From Camelus dromedarius (lineage: Eukaryota), in NCBI RefSeq assembly GCF_036321535.1, contig NC_087437.1:29328001-29392000 (forward strand): a stretch of DNA of 64,000 nt, in the 5' to 3' direction. Under the pieces are notes generated by a model, which was not told the DNA's origin, made no database searches, and saw nothing but the letters and a program-made list of their open reading frames with translations. Below are positions 40,501 to 52,780 of this stretch, piece by piece. The stretch's first letter is position 1. Every line of letters starts with the position of its first letter. A program made the translations under genes and the position numbers.

Positions 40501-40997
40501 AACCACATGGATGGACCTTGAAGGCATTATGTTAAGAGAACTAAGTCAAACGGAGAAAGAAAATCACTGTGTGATCTTACATATATGTGGAATCTAAAAA
40601 CAAATCAACTCAGATACAGAGAACTGACTAGTTGTTACCAGAGGCAGGAGTTGAGGGGAGCAGTTAGGAGAATTGAATGAAGGTGTTCAAAAGGAACAAA
40701 CTTCCAGTTACAGGATACATAAGTGTGGAGGATGGAATGTACAACATGAGGATGACAGTTAACACTGCTATATGATATATTTGAAAGTTGCTAAGAGAAT
40801 GAATTCTAAAATTTCCTATCACAAGGGAAAAATAGTTTTTCTTTATTCTTTTTTCTTTTTTAATCTATATGAGATGATGGGTGTTAACTTATTGTGGTAA
40901 TCATCCCACAATATATGTAAGTCATTATGTTGTACACCCTAAACTCACACAGTGCTGTATGCCAATTATATCTCAATAAAAGTGAAAGGAAAAAAAC
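37568..40997 (+). mobile_element. 5'-truncated LINE-1 (most of ORF2 plus an L1MA-like 3' UTR), disabled
   Basis: ORF2-like peptides ([35 protein letters not shown]) with many stops and frameshifts. The 3' UTR reads ttgaaagttgctaagaga...tatctcaataaa (AATAAA 40975-40980) and is followed by an A-tail. Confidence 0.93.
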
Positions 40998-41039
40998 ATC
41001 CAGTTTACAATGTGATCACCACTAAAAAAGAAATATATA

Positions 41040-41960
41040 GAAAGCAGTTGTGAGGACAAGAAAGGGATGTGTCTGGAAAATTAGAAGGCTTCACAGAAGG
41101 ATCTACTTTTGAGTTTTAAAGACTAGATGGTCTGCTAGGTAGAGAAGCAGGAACAGCACGTGCAAAGGCAAAGCTTTATGGAACAGTATATTGTGCTGAG
41201 CGAATGCAAACATGCCTGGTATACAGCTGTGCTGGAAATAAGAGTCTTATCTGTTAGACACTGGCTGTCACTGAAGATTTTTATTAAAAATCCCTCCTAT
41301 CACTGTGGAGAATGAATGAATATAAAGAGAATACAGTAGAATAGATAAACAAGATTATATTGTATAGCACAGGGAAATATATACAAGATCTTGTGGTAGC
41401 TCACAGCGAAAAAAAATGTGACAATGAAAATACGTATGTTCATGTACAACTGAAAAATTGTGCTCTACACTGGAATTTGACATAACATTGTAAAATGACT
41501 TATAACTCAAAAAATGTTTAAAAAAAGAAATAAATCTGATCAAATAAATAAATACTATTACATGATTAAAAAAAAGGAATAGAGGTTGAAAAATTATGTG
41601 ACCATATTGCAGTTTTTGGGGGGAGGGAGTGGGGGAGAGGGTTTGAATTAGTGGGAATTGGAGGAAGAGGAAAGATTTGAGAAAGCTTAAGATACAGGAT
41701 ATCAGCTCTAAGTGTGAAAAGAGTAAGGAGTTAAGAATCACTTTGAGTATCCCAGCTGTGGAGACGATAAGGCTTCTGACCAATCCACTGTTACACTGAA
41801 CAATAAGCAGCCTAGAAGATGAAATAGTAAATTGGATTCGGGACCTGTTTATTCACTCACTCATTCTGAGCGCATACTAGATGCCTGGCACTGAAGTGGA
41901 CTTCAGAGAAAGAAAGCAAGTGGTACGATTCCTGCCCTAGAAAGGCTTGCAGTCTTGTGA
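41040..41960 (-). mobile_element. L2 fragments (host of the young L1 at 41336)
   Basis: gaaggcttcacagaagga...ttgagttt, ggaacagcacgtgcaaaggca, ttattcactcactcattctgagcgcatactagatgcctggcactg. Confidence 0.65.
41336..41575 (+). mobile_element. 5'-truncated young L1 3' end with extended tail
   Basis: tgtatagcacagggaaatatatacaagatcttgtggtagctcacag...tggaatttgacataacattgtaaaatg. Same family as 1709-1995. Confidence 0.85.
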
Positions 41961-42559
41961 GTTTGACTGTTTTATTGGGTTTAGAGGCCTGTGGAAAGGC
42001 TCAAGGCTCTTGGCAGGAGCAGAGAAATCACTGGGAAATACAACTGTAGGTGTGTTACCTGCAGAACAAATCAGGATCCACGCTGCATTTGCTCCATCTC
42101 CCTAGATGCTAGTTGCCTGTCCACTCCTGTCCACTCTTGACTTTTCCACCCAAGAGAAAGCACCGTGTTTGCTTTGCAAGGTAAAACATCGATTCAGCCT
42201 CCAGCCTGGATGTCTTCTGCTTACTGAGCCCCACAGGCAACTTCCCATTTGCACTTTCATCCCTGCCTCTTTCAACTGTGTTTCTTTAAAAACAACCTTC
42301 CCATTAAACATTGTTTCCCTGAACTATCTCTAGCTTTATATGTTTCTAGCCAAACCATTTTAAGAGCACCTGTCATTTCTCACAGACTTTTGATGTTTTT
42401 AACCCGTATGAGATCTTACTGAACTAATCTTACCTCTAGATTTATTTGGTTTAGCAAGTATCAGCAGCAGCTTTAAACTGATGACCTTGTTATAGGTGGA
42501 AGATTTGTAGCAGGAGCAGAGCAAAATTTCTGCTTATTGAAGTATTTCTTTTGGGGTTT

Positions 42560-42730
42560 CTAAAATCAGGCAGGCTTTCATTTGATTCCCAGCTCTGAGG
42601 AGCTATGTGATTTTGAGCAAGTTCATTAATCTGAGTCCCAGTTTCCTCTCCTTAAAAGGGGGCTAACAGAGGGAATGAAGTTAAGCTATGATGTGCAGGA
42701 TACCAGGCATACAGAATGGGTGCAACAACA
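42560..42730 (+). mobile_element. MIR SINE fragment
   Basis: gattcccagctctg...agctatgtgattttgagcaagttcattaatctgagtcccagtttcctc. Confidence 0.65.
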
Positions 42731-42758
42731 TTCACAGACCCTGGCTCAGTTTATAATC

Positions 42759-42843
42759 TGTTATGGATTGAACCGTGTCCCTCCCAAATTCAAATGTTGA
42801 CGCCCTAACCTCCAACGTGACTGGATTTGAAGGTATGGCCTTT
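42759..42843 (+). mobile_element. MLT1A/B/C-like LTR 5' fragment
   Basis: tgttatggattgaaccgtgtccctcccaaattcaaatgttgacgccctaacctccaacgtgact matches a MaLR LTR start. Confidence 0.75.
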
Positions 42844-43389
42844 TTTAGCTTCAGTAGTTGGGACAAATTCTCCTTCCTTTCCTCTTACCCCAAATGAAAT
42901 GGCCAAATTTCTTTCAAAAGTGTTACGTTTGCAGGGGATAAACTATGCTGTGTAATCATGTGACATACATACCGAAATACGGCTTTTAATTAATCCTTAT
43001 TTACTTGGGTTTGCATATTCAAACAAGTCTACTCTTTTTGCCTTTGCTTGAAGCATTTTGAAACTGGCTGGAAGAGCTCCATGGAAGTTTTGAGTTAGGA
43101 CCTAGTCTAGAGCATCCCTGGGTACTACAGTGACCCTGAATGCATGTGTTGCAGGGAGCGACTGCAAGAGCTACCAAGCACTCCGTTTTGCTATCCAGCA
43201 GGTGACTCTGCTAAGCATTGTATAATTTTATCTAAACTATAGGTCCCCACTTCACTTTACAAATGAAAACACTGGCATGAGAGAGATTAAGTAACTTGTT
43301 TAAAGTCACATAAATATGTGAAAAGGTGGGAATCTAATCTGAGGTCTATACAACTTTAGAACATTCCATATTTTTACTATGGGTGTAAA

Positions 43390-45620
43390 TGAACTGTACA
43401 GAGCTGTGTATGTTTTTTAAACTTTAGTACATTTATTTTATATATATTTATAAATAGTACATTTATATACTAAGTACTACTCTACCGCTTATTTTCAATC
43501 AATAATGTTTTTGAAATTTAATGTGACCACATGTTACAGCTCTATCACTCATTTTGACAATTACCAAGTATTTGATTTCATAAACATGGAAAATGCAACC
43601 ATTTGTTTATCTGGTCTTCCAGTGATAGACACTAGTATGTTTCCATTTTGTTGATATTAACAAAAATTCTGTTATATCTATCATTTCACATATTTTCATA
43701 TGCACACACAAGATTATCTCTAGAGTATGTGCTTAGATGTGGATGTGTCTCCAGAGTATACATCTAGAAGCAGATTGTAGAAAAAGCTCACCTTCACCTT
43801 TATTAGATATTGTCAGAGTACCATTCAAAATGTTTGCACAAAGCTATGCTGTCAACAGCAGTATATAAATCTTCCTTTTCCTACAGAGCCTTATGAACAA
43901 TCAAAACTATATGCATTTTGGCCAAATTCTGATGGGTTTGAAATGCTAACACATTGTGTAATTTGCCTTTTCTTGATTAGTAGTGGAAGAAAGCATTTTT
44001 TCATAGGATTCTCTTTGGCAAATTGTTTACAACCTCCCTTCAAGTGCTTTTTTCTACTGGTTTAATAGCCATTTTCTTATAGATTCGTAGTTCTTTATAG
44101 TAAAAACCTGGGCTGTGACTTATGTACATCAAACAGAATAGAGAGGACATTTACCTTTTAACACTGATTTTTTTTCATATCTAAGTTTTAAAACTGCAGT
44201 CCAGTTATGTTTTTCTTCGTAGTCAATGCTCTGTGTATGTCATTTAAGAATTAATACATGTTTAATCCATTCATAATTGGTTTTGTATATAGTGTGAGGT
44301 ATAGTTTTACTTTTTCTGTTTGGATAATCATTTGCCTCAGCATCAATCGCTGATTTATTTGTAACGTTAACTGTGTTATATACCAAGATTAAATGTATGT
44401 AAAGTTCTGTTTCTGGGCTACTCTCCACCACTGATTCAATGTAGAACTTATACAAAGTTTTAATATCATAATAAACCTTGGTATTCAATCCCACTTTAAA
44501 TTTTCTTCAATTTTTTCTCGAATATTCTTTGCCATTCATTGTCCCAAATGAATTTTTAAAATCTATTTGTCAGTCTCCATGAAACACTGGAGACACTGAG
44601 ACTTTTACTGGATTTGTTTAAAATTTTTAGGTGAATTGAGTGAAATAAATTTCCTTATAATGGTAAATTTTCTTAGTCATGAAAATGTCATATCACTATT
44701 TTTAGACTTTTTATCCTTCAATACTGTTTATAATTTTCCATAAATTATTATATATTTCAAGTCATTTCTACATGTGGTTTGACTTAACAGTATCTTTATT
44801 TCTACTAGTCTATTTGCTTATATAGCAATTGAGCCCATGTTGATCCTATATATAACAACCTTGATAAAGTTTTAGTTTTAAAAGTGTGTATCACAGTGCC
44901 TTTGCGGTTCTCTGTAGACAATCATAATATCTGGAAGGAATGGAACATTTCTGCTCCCTTTCCCTGGCAGAAATTTCTTGCTCTCTAACCCAAAGGACAA
45001 TTTTCAGCTGGGCACACTGACACTCTTCTAAGAGACTACATTTCCCAGACAATTTTGCAACTAGATGTGACCATGTGACTTCATTCTGGCCAGTGAGATT
45101 TAAGCAAAGCATTGTGTGGGACTTCCCATAAGGCTCCTTAAAACGGGAATAAGTGAGTTTTTCTTCTCCACTTCTTCCTTCCTGCTGCCTGGAATGCAAA
45201 TACAATGTCTGGGACTTGAGCAATCACCTTGGATTACAAGGCAACCTAAAAAGTTGGTGGTGCAACAAGATGGGAGTCTGGATACCTGACCACTGGGGAG
45301 CTGCAACACCAGTCCTGATTGCTTGTCTCTTTTTTGTTTTCTTTTGTTTTTAAAGTGAGAGAAATTCTTTTTTAAGGTATTGTTCTTTATGAGTTTTCTG
45401 TATGTGCAGCTGAAACTAATCCTACTGGATAAACTTTCCATTTCTTGTATTTCTTATTTGTTTTCCCTGGGCTATTGCATTGTCTTTGACCTTTAGGACA
45501 ATATTAAATAATGTTCCTAGCAGCCATCTCCTCTTGTTCTTAACAGTAGTGAATCAAAAGCTTCTCTATTAAGTGTGATATTTGCTACAGGTTTTTTGTA
45601 GATATCCTTTCTTATTATGA
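43390..45620 (-). mobile_element. Old L1ME-like element, interrupted by MLT1
   Basis: Antisense L1 3' region and ORF2 tracts (tttgtatatagtgtgaggta, ttcttcaattttttctcgaatattctttgcca, gacctttaggacaatattaaata, atatttgctacaggttttttgtagatatccttt). Confidence 0.7.
44960..45432 (+). mobile_element. MLT1 (H/I/J-like) MaLR solo LTR
   Basis: actacatttcccagac...gatgtgaccatgtgact...ctggccagtgagat...cttcctgctgcctggaatgc...tgcagctgaaactaatcctact. Confidence 0.75.
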
Positions 45621-47221
45621 GAGGAGGAAGTTAAAAGTATGTCCTATCAGTCATCATTAGACTTTACCTTAGTTAAATCAGAGAAGTAGTCATCAAGTAA
45701 GTAGAGAGCTGTACAAATGAAAACTGATTATACATAAGGTTTTAAAGACTGCTGGTCTTTTAAAGCATTCCTTTCCTTTTAATATATAACAGAGACATTT
45801 ATAATACAAATGAAATCCATAAATAACTGTAACAAACTAAATCTTGCTATATTAGTGAAATAACCACAGTTAAACCTTCCATGTGAGAGAATTTCTAGAA
45901 TAATTTAGCAACTGAGATTTTCTTTACACTTCACCTGGCATCAATATAGGCAGAAGAAAGAATACTTTTTCCCTCTTATGAACAAGAGATATCTTCAGTT
46001 CAGCATTTAATTTTTAGTTACAGATTTCTGTGCTTCACTTAAAAAAAAAGGCTGGATAATTTAACAGAAACAGATAATAAAAAACAAATTCCAAGTCACA
46101 GGGCAAATATAAAGAAGCTGCTGCCTTTATTTCAAAGGAAAAAAACGCCTTCATTAAAGACTGTTCAGGAGAAATGAAGAATAAAAGGGAGCAGAATATC
46201 GGATTCTCAAAAGATGAATCTGTGTTATTTGATTTTTCCAAAATGTTCTCTTGTTATATTCACTTCTAAGTAGCATCTTTAATTCTGTTTCAGAAATCAA
46301 GTACTTGTTAAGTATTATAAATATAGTATAACATTTACTTTTCATGTGCTCAAATACTTTCCAATCCTCACGTCTTAAAATCCAGCAAAGTGCCTGCCCA
46401 CGCAAGCCTTTTGTGGTAAATACACATCTGAATTTGTCAGCCGTACGTGCTGTAACTCCAACTGCCACGTTCATCGGATGACACAGACAGGATTTAGATT
46501 AGCTAACCAATTTAGATTTTGAAATTTTTATGATCTCTGCTCTGAATAGCACCTCAAGCCTCAGTGTTTTAGCACACAAAGGCTTTGCAGTAATAACTCC
46601 ATCAAAATATTCAAGTTTATAGAAATGTGAAGGGTACAGATTTACTTTTGCCCTTGAATATAATAATACTGCAGTGCATCCTGCTTCGAGTCAGCTTGAT
46701 CTATGTTGAGTTCATGTTTTTCATCTCTTGATTCAATTACTTAGAATATAGCCTCAAGGAAGCAGATGGTAAGTGGGAGAGTAAAGGCCTGAATTGTGAC
46801 TCTGTAATTATTTAGCTATCTGAATTCCAGAGATTAGTTGATAAAGTGGGCTTCCCCCTCTTCCCCCCCGAGACAGTATATCTGAATTTTTCCAAAGGTG
46901 CTGATACTAATGATTAGCTTCAGTGTACAACTGTGTTTAAACAGAGCACATATTTCAAGAATACTTATCAGGGTTTTTTGGTTCTTATTTCTCAGTGGAA
47001 ATACGGCATTCTGCTTCCACCATGGAAAAAATTTCAGAGGTTACAGGGAAAGTCAGACAGAAGTTTTGAATTTTATTCCAAGAATTACATCATTAAGTCA
47101 ATCATATTCCCAGATGACTGTGGCATGAGTTGACACCATCAAAGGGTAGATGGATTTACTACAAGCGAAGATGAATAAGGGAAGCAGAGAAATGCCACTA
47201 GATGTATACTTTGACAGATAT

Positions 47222-47299
47222 AAAATTAGATCATATGAAATTGCTAATATTTGACTATTTTTGACTTTCAAAATGGCAATTTCATGTTGTTCAACCCAA
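47222..47299. mobile_element. MADE2-like mariner MITE (palindromic)
   Basis: About 80 bp with inverted arms catatgaaattgc / gcaatttcatgttg followed by ttcaacccaa. Confidence 0.7.
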
Positions 47300-47520
47300 C
47301 GTTAATAGCTCCTATTTATTAAGCATTAAGGATTTTATATGTATTCAATCACTTAATCTTCATAGGTAGGCAGCATGGTGGGTATTACAGTAATTTCCAT
47401 TTCACAGATACAGAAATAATTCAGAGGGGTTCAGGAACAGTCCTCCAGTCACAGACAGCATGCCTCAGAGCTGGGTTTAGAACTCAGGTGCTCTAGCTCT
47501 GAAGCCCAGGCTCTCAATCC
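47300..47520 (-). mobile_element. MIR SINE
   Basis: taatagctcctatttattaagca...cacttaatcttca...ccatttcacagat...gagctgggtttagaactcagg. Confidence 0.7.
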
Positions 47521-47589
47521 CCGAGCTATACTTGTTTTATATTTAGTCCACAGAACGTAAGTTTAATTAAGTTCACATTCCAACTCTGG

Positions 47590-48190
47590 ACTATAAAATA
47601 CAACAAATGACTACCCACTGGCCAGGAGGTGTAGCTGAATTCCAGACCCATACATATGACTCCCTCCTGGACAGCTCCACCTGGATGTCCTGCAGACTTC
47701 TGTTCAACACCTCTCAAAGAAACCTGACCCTCTTCCTTCACACTACCCAGTGGCCCATGCCAGAACCCTGGGTATTTTCTTGGACTCCTCCTCTATTTCA
47801 AGTTACATCAGTTATCAGGTTCAGTCATTGCTACTTCCTGACTTGTTCTCACATCTACCCTCTTCCCTCCACCACTTCTCCTAAAGTCCCTCACGTGGAC
47901 AATTGTAATAGGCTCTTAATTGTCTACTTTTGCCAACCATTGGTCTCCAAGTGCAGTAATGCATCGGTTCTAGGGTGAATTTCTGAACATGCACATCTTA
48001 CGTTATTCCTCCCTCTTTTTCTGCTGGAGCATACTTGAATAAAACATTTATCATGTTGTTTTGCAACTCTTCATTGATTTCCTCTGTCTCTACTAGTTTC
48101 AAGTTCCACAAGTGTTTAGCTTATCTCTTGTTGTAGCTATAACAGTATTCCATAGTGCTATGCTATACATGTGTGTGAAATTTAATTCAA
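47590..48190 (+). mobile_element. L2 LINE fragment
   Basis: ctgaattccagaccca...cctcctggacagctccacctggatgtcc...cacgtggacaattgtaataggctcttaattgtct. Confidence 0.7.
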
Positions 48191-50893
48191 TAATAGTCCT
48201 TTACTGTAATTGAGATGCTTACCATCTAGATATACATTTTTACCTCAATTTCTTAGCTCATTTGTTCATTCATTTCTTTACTTTAAAACTATTCTGGGTC
48301 ATTTGTAGGCACAGCACTTGAAAAAACACCAATGACTGCATGTGACTGGTAATTGGCCTAAGGCTTCATTTTCTTAATTTATTTCTAAGCTATGATAAAG
48401 TTTTTTAAGGTAATTGACATAAAAACATCTTTGTATCAGTCCCAGTTCTTGTGAACTACTTTAAAGGGATTAGGCTTTTATTTCTTCAGAAAGGATAGAT
48501 TCAATAAAGTAAAATAAATTCCTTCACAGTATCACACACACACACACACACAACGTCATCAGCATACTGGGTGAGCATCTTGTTCATGCTCAGATGTGCA
48601 TATTTGCAATTGTATTTGTCACCCGCCTACTTCTGACTTGGTATAAACAACACAATTAGGTGTGCCAGTATGTTGAGATTTGTCGCATAAAACCTAATTT
48701 TTAAATTTCATGTAATTTTAACTTTTTCAGTGTGCTGGTTTGTAACATTCTCTATAGTAGGAAGTAAGTTGTGTAAGCTCTCTGTGCTTTTCCTTCAGCT
48801 ATGAATGTACCTCTGAAACCCTCAGGGTCCTTGGAGTGCCTGGAATCTTGAGGTCCCTTTGGCTAACTCTCATTGATTCTAATGATTCTAGAGGTTCTGG
48901 GACACTGCAGGAGGGTGATGTTGCTGGGAAGGGATTAACAAGAGGAGACTGATCTTGCTTCTCGTGGAAAAAAGTACAGAATCAGAGCTTTTACCAACAA
49001 GTAGCCCTATTCTATGAGGTACAGAGCATAAATAGGACTCTTCTTTTTCCAAAATAATTTGGAATTGGCCCATACATGTCACATTTACGTCCTCTTGTCC
49101 TTACTGGTTGCCAAAACCCTATCTGTGCTACTCCTGACCGTGTGGGAAAACATTCTGCTATTCTTCCCACCACCCTGCGTTGCACAGGCTGCCCCCAGCT
49201 GCCTATTGGACACACCACGGCCGTTCCTCCCGATTCTCCTCTTTGGCTGAGCTTATGAGAATACTGCAAGGCTCGCCCTTATCCTTGGCACGCACTTAGG
49301 AGATGAGACCAAGGGCCAGTTGATCCAAGGCTTCTATCACCTCTCCACAACACAAGTTCTGCAGTCTGCCCAATGATGGGGGACAAGGAAAAGTATGTTT
49401 CCTGAACAACATCAAATGTTTTCCCTCTGACTCTCTACTCTTTAGGTAGCAAACTTTATTTTAGTCTCAGGGACTTTATAACAGGGCTGGACTGATCATA
49501 TGTCCTTTTAGATTATTTTGTCTTATGCTTGGTCCTTGGCTTTTTGTTTCAAAAGTCAAGAATTTGCTACATGCTGTTTCTGCTGTGCCATTCCTCCCTA
49601 GAGAAAAGTAAGTACCAACTATTCCTACTGCTGATTACTGCTTCCAAGGAGAAAGGTAATGAAAAGTAAAGAAGAAAAAAAGGAGTTCTTATACCAAAAT
49701 ATTTTTGTACTACATGCCATTTCATTGTGGTTGTTTTCATTATAATTTTAATCTTATTTAATCATGGCTATAGCGAAAATTCAATTCTGTTAATTAAGGC
49801 TAATACTTTTAATAATAGTAAAACATTGAAAGGATAAATTTTAAAACATTCAGCATTTCCTCCAATCTCACTATTGAAATCACACTATACCTGGAATAGA
49901 CTTACTACATGTGGTTCATTCTTTTTTTTTTTTTTGCCTAATAAGTAAAAATCATTTATAATTAGCATAGCAATAAATCAGGCTGTAAATCTACCTAAAT
50001 TTATACATGTGTTTAAATTGCATTTTCTTATTCATTTGCTCCAACAAGTTAAATCTAGCCCCATCATTAGTTTTTTTTTGAAATGTATGACTTTTAAATT
50101 AATGAGAACTTGATTTTAGTATGCTGTAGAATAAAATGCCAAATGAAAAGAAGCCATAAATATTTATTTTTTAGTGGGCCATTAAGTTTATTTTGAATTT
50201 TTAGTTTTTCTCAAAAGTCTATCTGAAAATTTTAAAAGTTGAAATAGAAAAAAACAAACAAAAACTGAGTAACCATGAGTTTAGGAAGTACTAAGTCATT
50301 TCTGAAATCAATTACCAAGACATTTGGTGTAACTTTACTCTTAGGAATTTTAGCTGGAATTATTAAAAAATAAATTATTTGTAAAACGATGATTATAGAA
50401 CTTTCTTCAGAGGGTGACTATGAGAATTAACTGAGATAGAACAGAGCCTGACACATGATAAATTCTTGACAAATGCATAATAAATATGTTTCTGATGGCA
50501 TCCAAGGAAGACCCCATCAGAAAAAGACAAAAACTGTCCCTGATACTGCGCAGGAAGTGAGAGCTTCTTGACTGGTGATGTCCCTGGGGGCTCGCTGGCA
50601 GGGATCACAGACTGCATAGTTTAATGGGGTGGGGGGAGGATGGTTCAGGGTGCTGAGAATCTAACAGAATGAGGAAGCTCACAGTGTGTTGTGCCCATAG
50701 GCAAGAGGCCTTCGGCTGCCAGAGAGCAGCCCAGGCATGCAAAGCATGGGCAACTTCCAAACAGGAGAGATGCAGCAAGGTAAGTTACCACAGAAAGAAA
50801 ACGATAAAGGGAAAGTAAACTTAGAGGTCATTGCAGGAAGGGCAGCAAGGCCATCATAATAAATTAATCAGATACTGAGTAAATGATGAGTTT

Positions 50894-51044
50894 TTTTTTT
50901 AAAAAAAAGTTTAAAAATTTGTTTATGGAGGAGGCAATTAGGTTTGTTTGCTTGTTTGTTTATTTAATGGAGGTACTGGGGATTGAACCCAGGACCTTGT
51001 GCATGCTAAGCATGTGCTCTACCACTGAGCTATACCCTCCTCCC
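50894..51044 (-). mobile_element. tRNA-Ala-derived SINE (vic-1-like, camelid), copy 2
   Basis: The reverse complement has A box TAGCTCAGTGG, an AGC anticodon loop and B box GGTTCAATCCC. TSD tgatgagttt (50884-50893) / tgatgaattt (51047-51056). Confidence 0.9.
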
Positions 51045-52049
51045 AGTGATGAATTTCTAAGCTGAGTTCTTCCTTCTGCAGAACCAGAAGCGTATTAAGA
51101 GGAGCACTCAGACACTGTCAAGGAAACACTGAGCTGCTGGAGTTCACTTAGAGTCAGTTGTCAAAGTTAAATTAGATATCGCACTTAAAAAATTAATGCA
51201 TATTGCATAATTATAATGTATGATTATTCTTATGCATACATTTATTTTTCTAATTCAAGTTTCAGTTAAGAATGCCAAGAATTGACTATATTTTTATAGA
51301 CCATCTGATAACAGACAAAATAGGAGAAAAGTATATACGATGAGGTTAATCTTTCATTTCTGAACCAATTTAGAATAAATTTTGAGGAAAGGGAGGGATA
51401 TTCAGAACTGAAAGAATGAAGAGCAACGGTAGTTGCAGAAATATATTGAAACGATTGTATATGAAGTTTTTGCAATTTTAAAAATTATTTGAGAACCACT
51501 TATCTTCAATATGATTATGTTAAATCTTCCAAGTCATTTGATAAATGATGAAATGTACTATGTTATTAAGTCATTATTTTGGGGTCATTAGTTAGTGCAT
51601 TTAAGACCACTATCATTTTGGGGGCTAACAGTGGGAGATTTCATAAACTAAGGTCCTTGAACTGTGCTTCCATGAAGGATGTGGAGATGATAAATTGAAG
51701 ACCATCCCATCCACGCACGATGATATATTTGCTTCTCTCATGTTCTGCCTCTCTGTTTTCACAAGTCTTCCGCCTCATTTTCTCTTCACACTGTATGATT
51801 CTAACCCTTATTTTCCCTGATATCACTGTATATTTATTCCTTTCCTTTCTGAAAGAGAACACCAAAGAGAAAAAAAAAAAAAAAGGCAAATGTTACAGAA
51901 AAACCAGTCTGTTTTGTTTAAATACATCCTTGAAATTTCAAGGAAGAGCTTAATTCAGGTTCAACTTACATTGTTTATATTTTTTGGATTCTTTTTAACA
52001 CTCCTTACACAATGTTACTGATTATTTGTGATTTTTTTTTTTTTACTCT

Positions 52050-52780
52050 TTTATTTAATTTCTGGCTTTTCTAGCAGAGTGAGCCCTGTGACAAAGGTAG
52101 AATCTGCCCCATCTACTTTTATATCCCTGGCACCCACCACAGGGCCTAGCACCTGTAGGTACCGTCAACTGCTGTGGACAGAAAGGTTTCTTAGGTATGC
52201 ATTAATAACCACTCATTCATCCAACCAAACTCAGAATGAAAGACACATTGGTCTAGCAGTAGACCTACAGCTGTGCACAAAGTTCTCACCCTCACAGAGC
52301 TTACATTCTAGGAGAGGATACAGACAAAGAACAATGAAAGAGGTAAGATATAATTTCAGTATATCAACATAACTGACGAATGTTATGAAAAAAAAATGAA
52401 TTGAAAGAATGATGGGGGATGACAGGGCAGAGACTTGTTTTTGACAGATTTGGTGTGTGAAAGCAAACGAGAGGGAGCTGAGTGTGCGGAAGTCAAAAGA
52501 AAAGCACTCACGGAAAGCCTCCAAGGTCTGGGTGAGGACTTTATTCTGAGCTTGAAGAGAAGCTACGGGGTTATGGTCAAAGGAATGATGTAATGTGATT
52601 CACGTTTTAAAAGAAGCACTTTGACCGCGATATTGGAGAGCAAGACGGGTATCAAGGAGAGTGGCCAAGGCCCTGCAGCAGTCTAGAAGAAGAGATGAGA
52701 AGCGGTCAGAGTTGAGCTATGTTTAGAAGTAGAGATGATAGTGTTTCACGATGGTATTTGGATGCCAGATTATCGGCCTA
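52050..52780. mobile_element. Two L2 3' ends tail-to-tail (+ ~52050-52190, - ~52205-52780)
   Basis: + strand copy: tatatccctggcacc...acagggcctagcacctgtagg. - strand copy: ccctcacagagcttacattctagg plus L2 body. Confidence 0.6.

Noticed and set aside
47222..47299. Roughly 80-nt hairpin resembling a pre-miRNA
   Set aside because: It is explained by the terminal inverted repeats of a MADE2-like MITE.
48860..49400. GC-richer block with overlapping short ORFs, possibly an old LTR
   Set aside because: I could not assign a family or find termini or a TSD by eye, so it is not reported as a feature.
50968..51040. tRNA-Ala(AGC)-like cloverleaf (also near 17260-17332 and 60034-60106)
   Set aside because: Each is followed by a shared SINE body and A-rich tail and is flanked by a TSD, so these are SINE heads rather than tRNA genes.
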